From contig CBDCEW010000067.1 of NCBI GenBank assembly GCA_965215885.1, positions 1 to 45,234 of the forward strand: 45,234 bases of DNA, read 5' to 3'. The translations under genes were made by a program, and so were the position numbers. This stretch comes from Candidatus Moanibacter sp. GTDB lineage: Bacteria > Verrucomicrobiota > Verrucomicrobiia > Opitutales > UBA2987. The first letter of the stretch is position 1. Every line of letters begins with the position of its first letter. Under the pieces are notes generated by a model. It ran no database searches, was not told where the DNA came from, and saw only the letters and a list, made by a program, of their open reading frames with translations. Positions 11,630 to 20,058 of the stretch are shown piece by piece.

Positions 11630-12828
11630 AGAGAGGGGAGTCTCACGCAAAGCCGCAAAGCCGCAAAGGGGAGGAAGTGAGAATGCGATTGAAGAGTAGG
11701 GAACCGGTGACTCGGGGAATGGGCGAGGGGTTGTGGGTCTTCGGAGCCGGCATCGTCCTCGTAATCGTCCTCGTCCTCGAATTCCTGCCGAATTACGATC
11801 GGCCCGCGAAAGGGGAGTTCTTGGACAGGATTTTCCGGATATACAGGAGGTCGGAGAATAAATAAGGAAAGCAGGAAGGCAGGAAAAGAATGCGAGAGGG
11901 AGAGCGGGTGGCCCGCCAGATTTGACCGCGGATGACCTAGCGCAGCCATGCTGCCCCACGACCCGTCTTCGCTCTAAAGAAGGGCAGAGCTTCGCCGAGG
12001 CAGGCAGGCTCGGGGCCCTGAGGCTCTCGAACGCGCAACCAAAAAAGAAGAAGAGAACCGCAGATGAACGCAGATGGACGCGAATGGGATGGCCCTCCTT
12101 CGCTTAAGCTATGGAGGATATACCCGCTAAACACGCGAAAGGGGGAGAGAATTTCACCGCGGATGACGCGGATGGAAACGGATGGGGAGAGGGAGGGGAA
12201 AAGGAAGAAACGGAGAGACGGCGAAACGGGGGTATGGGAAAGAGGTTGTCGGTCTTCGGAATCGCCATCGTCCTCGTTCTCGTTCTCGAAAGAGGGACGG
12301 CCCGCGAAGCACGCGAAAAGGGCGCGAAAAAGAAAGGGGAAGTATCGCAGCGGATGAAAGGACAGCAACGGATGCGGAAGGGAGGAAGAGGAATCGGAAA
12401 AGGGGGGAAACGGAGAAGGGGCGAGAGGGGAGGTGTAGCAGCGGATGAGTTTCTATGGTTCCCGCCCAGCGGGATTACGACCCGTCGTCGCGGTGCTTTG
12501 CCGAGGCAGGCGAGGGTTACGATTAAGGTTGTAGAGGGCTTCCACCCGCAAGGGAAACTTTGTCGCGAGCTTCGTCCGTCAACTTTGTCGCGAGCCTCGT
12601 CCGTTTACTTGGTCGTCCTTCGGGTGAGCGGCGAAGCGGTTACAGGAATACATCTTTGGCGTAAGCCTCGTGGTAAACTTGGTCGATGCAACCAGTCAAG
12701 TCCGAGGGGGGGATATCGATCCCGCTCAGCGGGACTGACGACAAAGCTCGCGACAAAGTTTACGACAAAGTTGACGACTAAGAGGAGTTCTGATAGCCGC
12801 TCGTAACGAAGCTGGACTGACCACTCTC
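11630..12828. repeat. Intergenic repeat mosaic between GT41 copies 2 and 3
   Basis: CGCAAAG, CGTCCT hexamer, GCAGATGAAC and ACGGAGAG modules, two TCCCGC-N3-GCGGGA hairpins, and inverted 12-bp ACGACAAAG arrays. Partly homologous to 7050-7390. Confidence 0.8.
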
Positions 12829-15336
12829 ATGCCCTCCTCCAATGAATTATTCGCACAGGCGGTAGAGGCCTACCGGCAGGACAACCTGGCGGAGGCGGAG
12901 CGGTGCTGCCGGGAGGTATTGCGCCAGGAACCGCAACGGGCGGAGGCCTGGAATCTGCTGGGCGCCTTTTACAAGAGGGCCGGGCGATTGGGGGAGGCGA
13001 AGCACTGTTTCAAAGAAGCGGTGAAGGTAGATCCCGAGAACCCCACCCTACCACAATAACCTCGGCGAGGTCTATCGCGGCGAAGGCGCTCTGGAAGAGG
13101 CGGAGGTGTGCTACCGGAAGGCGGTCGAACTGGAACCGAAATACGCCGTCGGCCATAACAATCTGGCCCTCGTGATGCAGAGCCAAGGCCTTTTCGAGGA
13201 GGCCGCTGACTACCTGAGGAAGGCGATCGGCCTCCGGCCGGCCTACTCTCGGGCGCATTACAATCTCGGGAACGTGCTGCGCGAGCAGGAGAAGCTCGAA
13301 GAGGCGGCCTCGGCCTTTCGGAAGGCCCTGGAGCTGAAACCTGACTACGCCGCCGCTCACAACGCCCTCGGAGGAGTGCGGAAAGCGGAGGAAAACTTCG
13401 AGGGTGCGCAATCCTGTTTCGAGCGTGCCCTGCAGATCAATCCAAACTACGCCAAAGCCAACTGCAACATGGGTGGGCTCTTCCTGGAGAGGAATCGCGT
13501 TAGCGAATCGATAGCGAGATTCCGCAAGGCGTTGGCCATCGATCCCAGCTATTTTAAGGCCGTCTGCGGGTCTTTCCGCGGCTCTGAACGAGGAAGAGCA
13601 ATTTGGAGAGGCGGAACAGGCGATGGAGGAAGCTCTGCGGATAGAGCCGAATAGTGTTGACGCCCTCACCCAATATGCCGCTATCCTGCGCGCTCGAGAG
13701 GAGAGGGACAAAGCTCTGGGCGTCCTGCAAAGAGCGGTTGCCCTGGAACCGGCTAACGCAACCACCCGCTTGAACCTGGGCAACCTTCTCTCCGAATCGA
13801 CAGATCCGGCAGCGGCCCTGGAGCATTTTGAAGAGGCCGCAAAATTGGACCCGGATTCCACGCAGGCGTATGTCAACCGGATAAATCTGAAGGCGAATCA
13901 GTGTCTGTGGCAGGATCGCAAAAGAGGAGATAAGTCGGCTCAGGGATATGATAAAAGAGGCGCAGACGTCGAAGACCACCCCGGCCCCCTGCCGCCCTTT
14001 GCTCCTTTAACCTTCCACTTCAGCCAGAATGAAAAGCTGGCCATCTACCGGAGGTGGGCCGATAGACTGAGCGACAAGGTGGCGGAGCGGCGCGATTGGC
14101 TCGCGAATCGAAAATCGGGACGAACCCCCGGCGGGCCCTTCGACTCCGCTCCCTTCCACTCAGCTCAGGGCAGGCCGCATACGGTTGCGGAAGGAGACTC
14201 GGAGCACGAAGAAACGGTGCGACGGATTGGCTATCTCTCTTCAGACTTTCGCAACCACGCCACAAGCCACCTCATGCTGGGGCTGTTTGGGCTGCACGAC
14301 CGGGAGCAGTTCGAAGTCTTCTGCTTTTCTTTCGGACCCGATGACGGGAGCGTCTACCGCAAGCGAATCGAGAGAGATTGCGACCACTTCCGCGATTCTG
14401 CGGAACCGCCCCTACTGGGCCATAGCGGAGGCCATTTCGCGCGACGGAATCGACATCCTGATGGATCTGAACGGCTATGCCGCCGGCTGCCGGCCGAAAA
14501 TCGTGGCGCTGCGGCCGGCGCCCCTCCAGATCTCCCTCCTGGGCTACCCCGGAACAATGGGGGCCGAATTCATCGATTATCTTGTCGCCGACAGGATCGT
14601 GAACCCGCCGGAGATGGAAACATCTTACAGCGAAAATCTGGTATTGATGCCACACTGCTACCAGATCAACGACCATGAGCAGCAAATCAGCGAGCGCCGG
14701 TTTACGAGAGCCGAATGCGGCCTTCCGGAAGAGGGCTTTGTCTATTGCTGTTTCAACAGCAACTACAAGATCGAACCGGAAATCTTCGATATCTGGATGC
14801 GCATCCTCAAGGAAGTTCCCCAGAGCGTATTGTGGCTCTACGAGGGCAATCCCGCGGCGCCGGAAAATCTTCGCAAGGAGGCCGCCGTCCGGGGCATTCC
14901 GGGCGAGCGGCTTGTCTTCGCCCAATCCCTTCCCAAGCCCGAACATCTCGCCCGCCACAGATTGGCCGACCTCTTTCTCGATACCCTCATCTGTAACGCC
15001 CACACCACCGCCAGCGATGCCCTCTGGGCCGGATTGCCCGTCATCACCTGCCCTGGACAGACCTTCGAATCGCGCGTCGCGGCCAGCCTTCTCACCGCCA
15101 TCGGCCTTCCGGAGCTCATCATGCCCGACCTCGAGGCCTATGAAAAGACCGCCATCCGTCTGGCGAAACATCCCGAAGTGCTGCAAAAGCTGGAGGAGAA
15201 GCTGGCAATCAATCGGCTCACTACCCCACTCTTCGACACCCCGAGGTGGACGAGGAACTGGGAAAAAGCGCTGAAGATGATATGGGAGCGTTATGAACGA
15301 GGGGAGGAGCCGGGGGAGATTGTGGTGGAAGAGTGA
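12829..15336 (+). pseudogene. TPR + GT41 glycosyltransferase, copy 3 (several frameshifts; real or assembly error)
   Basis: Consecutive ORFs 12829..13059, 13106..13654, 13623..14678 (SSDFRNHATSH) and 14185..15336 (LGYPGT, CFNSNYKI, ADLFLDT..NAHTT) are collinear with copy 1. Confidence 0.88.
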
Positions 15337-15492
15337 GGAGAGAGTGCCGCTAAACACGCGAAATTACCGAAACGGGGGGCGATATTCACCGCGGATGACG
15401 CGGATCCCGCTGAGCGGGACGGATGGGAAGGGAGGAGGAGTCCCGGCAGGCCGGGAAATGAAGGGCAACGGATGGAAAGAGGGAGGATGTAT

Positions 15493-16245
15493 GAGAGGGG
15501 AGGTGTAGCAGCGGATGAGTTTCCATGGGGCCCGCCCAGCGGGATGACGACCCGTCGTCGCGGTGCTTTGCCGAGGCAGGCGAGGCTTACGATTAAGGTT
15601 GTAGAGGGCTTCCACCCGCAAGGGAAACTCTGTCGCGAGCTTCGTCGTCAACTCTGTCGCGAGCCTCGTCCGCCAACTTGGTCGTCCTTCGTGTGAGGGG
15701 CGGAGCGGTTACAGGAATACATCTTTGGCGTAAGCCTCGTGGTAAACTTGGTCGATGCAACCAGTCAAGTCCGAGGGGGAATATCGATCCCGCTCAGCGG
15801 GACTGACGACAAAGCTCGCGACAAAGTTGACGACTAAGAGGAGTTCTGATAGCCGCTCGTAAGGAAGCTGGACTGACCACTCTCATGCCCTCCTCCAAGG
15901 AACTTTTTGCACAAGCAGTAGCGGCCTATCGGGGGGGGGGGGGGGGGGGGGCGACCTGGCGGAGGCGGAGCGGTGCTGCCGAGAGGTTCTAAGGCAAGAA
16001 CCGCAACGGGCGGAAGCCTGGAATCTGCTGGGCGCCTTTTACAAGAGGGCCGGGCGACTGGGAGAGGCCAAGCACTGTTTCAAAGAAGCGTTGAGGGCAG
16101 CGCCACAGAACCCACCCTATCACAATAACCTGGGCGAGGTCTATCGCAGCGAAGGCGCTCTGGAAGAGGCGGAGGCGTGCTATCGGAAGGCGATCGAACT
16201 GGAACCGAAATATGCCATCGGCCATAACAATCTGGCCCTCGTCCT
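15493..16245 (+). repeat. Direct repeat of ~12423-13175 (leader plus 5' TPR coding region shared by GT41 copies 3 and 4)
   Basis: Near-identical sequence from GAGAGGGGAGGTGTAGCAGCGGATGAG through GACTGACCACTCTCATGCCCTCCTCC and on into the CDS. Confidence 0.88.
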
Positions 16246-17917
16246 CCAGAGCCGTGGGCATCTCGAGGCGGCGGCGGATCATCTCACGATCGCCATCGGA
16301 CTGAGGCCGGGATACGCGATAGCGCACTATAATCTGGGTAACGTCCGCAAAGACCAGGAGCAGCCCGGAGTTTCGATTGAGTGTTACGGAGAGGCTCTGA
16401 AGCTGAATCCAAAATACGTGGCCGCGCATAACGGTCTCGGCGTCGGCCTGCAGAGCCTGCACAAACTTGAAGGGGCGGTGGCCAGCTTTGAGAGGGCAAT
16501 CGAACTGGATCCCAATTTCGCGAAAGCCCACAACAATTTAGGGAACGCTTTACAGGAATTGGAGAAATTGCAGGAATCCATAAAGAGCTACGAAGAGGCG
16601 ATCAGGCTGAATCCGAACTACGTGGAAGCCTACACCAACTTCGCTACCGCCCTGGAAAGGAACCTTGATCTCGACGCGGCGGAAAGTGCTCTGCGGAAGG
16701 CGCTCGCCTTGAATCCGAATTACTCGGATGCCCATTACAATCTCGGTCATGTCCTGGCGGGAAAGGAGGATTTTGAGGGAGCGATGGCCAGTCTTCGCCA
16801 GGCGTTAGCCCTGCGGCCGGATTTTCATCACGCCCTAATCAATTTAGAAGAGACGAAAGCTAAAATGTGCGATTGGGAAGGGCGTGAAGAGGGGCTCTGG
16901 CGGGTGGTTGAAATCGTCCGGGTCTACCTGGCAAAGGGAGAGACCAGCCCCCTCCCTCCGTTCAGCTCGATTGGCTTTACTCAGGGCGCGGCGTTTCAGC
17001 TCGCGGTGGCAAAACAGTGGTCAAAAAGGCTGGAGAAAATAGGGCTCTCGGCGAGAGAGCGGTGGCAGGAGGACCCTCCACGACAGAGGCCGGCGGCCGA
17101 GGAGGGAAAGAGGCGAATCAAGATCGCCTACCTCTCGGGCGATTTTCGCAATCACGCAGTGAGTCACCTGTTGCGGCCGCTATTCCGCATGCATGATCGC
17201 GCCCAATTCGCTGTTTACGCCTTTTCCTACGGTCCCGACGACGGCAGCGACTATCGTAAAACCATTGTGGAAAGGAGCGATCGTTTCGTCGATCTCTCCG
17301 GCAAGTCCACGATAGACTGCGCGCGATCGATCCGCGATGCGGCCATCGACATTCTGATCGATCTGGGCGGCTACACGGCGGGAAGCCGTCCCGAGATCCT
17401 CGCGGCGAGGCCGGCGCAAGTCCAGGGAAGCTACCTCTACCCCGCTACCATGGGAGCGGACTTCGTCGACTACCTAGTCACGGACCGGGTCGTCGCCTCC
17501 CATGAAGTGAGAACGCAGATGCACGAGAAAACGATCACCCTGCCCCACTGCCATCTCATTACTGACGATACCCAAAAAATCAGCCGGAGCGAACCCAGCT
17601 GCGTGGAAGAGGGGCTGCCTCCCCACGGATTTGTATTCTGCTCTTTCAACGGGTGCCAGAAAATTGATCCGGTTATTTTCGGCAGCTGGATGCACATCCT
17701 TTCAAACGTTCCGGAGAGTATGCTCTGGCTCAAAGTCAATCGACCAGGGGCAGCAACCCGCCTACGCCGTGAAGCGAAAAAGCTGGGGCACAATCGCACC
17801 ACCACCCCGCTCTTTGACACCCAGCGCTGGACAAGGAACTGGGAGAAAGCGCTGCAGGTGATGTGGGATCGGTATGAGAGGGGAGAAGGGCCGGCGGATA
17901 TTGAAGTGGAAGAGTGA
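15885..17917 (+). pseudogene. TPR + GT41 glycosyltransferase, copy 4 (out of frame at a G21 tract; ~104 codons of the C-terminal lobe missing)
   Basis: ATG 15885 matches the copy 3 start. G run at 15931-15951. ORF 16091..17917 has TPRs, SGDFRNHAVSH and SFNGCQKI but jumps from LRREAKKLG to HNRTTTPLFDT. Confidence 0.88.
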
Positions 17918-17977
17918 AGAAGAAGTGCCCGCGAAACACGCGAAATGACGCGAAACGGGGGGAGATCCCGCTGGGCG

Positions 17978-19573
17978 CATGCGTTAACCTAAGGAGAAGA
18001 AACAAGAGAGGAAATCAAGTCGAGAACGCTTTTCATAGGTGCAGTGTTTGGGGATTTGTTTGAGCCATCGGGGGATGATCTGATCTTTGGGAATGTGAGA
18101 GAGGATGAAGAAGTAGGGAGCAAAGAAGCCAAACCAGTAGGAGAATTTAAGGATACTCAGAGGAGAGGACAAACTGGTATTCGAATAGTGTCTAAGACCA
18201 TAGACGAAGTTGAGTAAGTGGGTAATGAGGATGAGACGGGCGTAGATAAGAAGCTCAACCTGGTAGGGAGTAGTCTCTTTGACCTGACCGAGATTAAGAT
18301 GTTGCTTAAAGGCCTTAAAGAAAATTTCGATGCGCCAGCGAAGCCCGTAAAAGCTCAGAATCTGCTTAGGGGTCTTTCTGATGGAGGTTTGTAATAAAGA
18401 TTTGGAAACCGAGAAGGAAGCTGGTGCGGCTGGTATATCGAAGTCTATTGTCGCGGTTTTGTCTATGCTCGCGGCGGCGTTTATGGGCCACCTTCTGAGG
18501 GAGTTTGACGGCGATCAGACGAACCGGAAGCTTGGCTTTTTTACCCACCCGAACGGGCATATCGAGAAGCTTTTGGCCACGTAAAAGTTTGCGTAGATCG
18601 AACTCTTCATCGCCTTCGTTGGCTAAAAGGCAAGTGCCGGTTTTCAAACGACTCACAAAGAAGCAGCCGCGCTGATCGAGTTGCTTAAAGACATCGAGGA
18701 CAAAATAGCCTAAGTCGCGCAGGATCAAGCCGTTGGGTTGAGCGAGAGCGAGAATGTCTTTGGAAGCAGCCTGATCGTTTTTTCGGAAGCTACTGAGGCT
18801 GAAGTCAACGAAGGATTCATTGCGCAGATCGTAATAGGCCTGAATCTTCAGTTGAGCCTGTTTGGAGCCTGTCTGGTTGGACGCTCCGGGGAAGAAGGGG
18901 GCCAGGACCTTAGGCAAGCCAATCGAAGTGCTGTCGGCAATGAGAACCCGTTCAAAGCTCCTCATGCAATTTGGAACAGCTCTGCCCACAGGCCCATAAG
19001 CTTTAAGTTCTAAAAGCCTCAGGAGCACTAAGGTCATAAAAGCGGTGGCTTTTTCGGCGCACTTTTGGACCGCTTGTCTGGAAATGGTGCGGTTGGCTAA
19101 GAATCCAATAAGCTCGGCTTCTTTGCCAAGGGACAAGGCCCCCTTAGAAGCCATCGCCAGCAAAGCCAAAACAAAGTTCAGAGGGGAGATCTTGCGCGAT
19201 TTCCTCTCTCTAAAACCACTCTGTTTAGCGAGGGCTGTGAGGTTCAACTTACGGAAGGTTTGACGGATACAATCAGCTTTTTTTATACTTTGCATCCGAA
19301 GGATAAATCCTATATATGAACGAATGTACAGCATAAAATGCTGCCAAAGTGAAAAAAAATGGGGTAGACGGTAAAAGTAGAGAAGATAACCCGGCCAAAA
19401 TGCACTCGCTCAACTGCGAATTTCCTCACCGCTGTGGTCGAAACGAAGCAAATAGAAAAGGGCGAACAAGTGGAGTGGAACCTCGAGGATAGAGACACCC
19501 TCATACTCCGCCGCAAAATACCTCGCAAGTCTTTGAATCTGACTAAGTTGCGAAAATAAGGTTTACGCGTATG
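17978..19573 (-). mobile_element. IS4-family insertion sequence, copy 2 (~1.6 kb)
   Basis: Reverse complement of copy 1 without the nested element. CAT...ATG termini; flanks CGCTGGGCG (17969-17977) / CGCTTGGCG (19574-19582). Confidence 0.92.
17984..19295 (-). pseudogene. IS4 transposase (frameshifted near 18370)
   Basis: ORFs 18366..19334 and 17984..18172 match copy 1. A 5-nt deletion relative to copy 1 lies at AAAGAC^CCCTAAG. Confidence 0.88.
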
Positions 19574-19901
19574 CGCTTGGCGGGACGGAAGCGAAAGGAG
19601 GATGTGCATCGAATGGGGAGGGAGTTGAGGGCCCGCCAAACACGCGAAAAGACGCGAAAAGGGGACGTGTTGCAACGGATGAAAGGACAGCAGACCATGA
19701 GCTGGAGTCACCGGTAGTTGGTCTACCAGAGTTTGCTTTATCGTAAGCTTTGTCGCGAGCTTTGTCGATTTTCTATTACGCTCATGAATCCGATCAGGTT
19801 TGGAGGAGCCTTTCTCCCCTTGAGGGAAACTTTGTCGCGAGCTTCGTCGTCAACTTTGTCGATTTTCTATTACGAGGGAGAGGAAATGGGTGGTGGTTCA
19901 T

Positions 19902-20038
19902 TCGGCCGCGAGCGACCTTCCTACGCCTGGCGGTGGATCGATTCGGCCAATCCGGGTCGAGTCATCGTGAGGGTAGGAAGCTCGCTCGCGAGCGAAAGGA
20001 ACCCTCAAACCACTTCGAATCGCTCGCGAGCTTCCTAC
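19902..20038. repeat. GTAG-type REP cluster / REP doublet
   Basis: GTAGGAAGCTCGCTCGCGAGCGA (19973-19995), inverted TCGCTCGCGAGCTTCCTAC (20020-20038) and TCGGCCGCGAGCGACCTTCCTAC (19902-19924), all just downstream of the S8 gene. Confidence 0.7.
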
Positions 20039-20058
20039 CTTGGCGGTATTCGGTGTGG

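Noticed and set aside
7075..12806. Short ORFs in the spacers (e.g. 7144..7389, 6944..7516, 11937..12368, 12111..12806)
   Set aside because: They are translations of low-complexity repeats (VLVLVLE, ENEDEND, TTKLATK) in several overlapping frames, with no recognisable protein family.
9439..15357. Long antisense ORFs (9439..10452, 13010..13876, 14272..15357; also 1571..2365 and 19750..20646)
   Set aside because: Shadow frames of GC-rich genes on the opposite strand.
4561..17917. Diversity-generating retroelement or retron acting on the paralogs
   Set aside because: No reverse transcriptase in the window, and no template/variable repeat pair with adenine-specific differences was evident.
107..19573. 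Composite transposon carrying the GT41 array
   Set aside because: The outer flanks (CGCCCAGCG vs CGCTTGGCG) do not form a matching duplication, and the repeat mosaic continues outside copy 2. Independent insertions fit better.
4120..19870. CRISPR array or integron attC array in the spacers
   Set aside because: No constant-length identical repeat with unique spacers, no cas or integron-integrase gene, and no convincing attC core sites.
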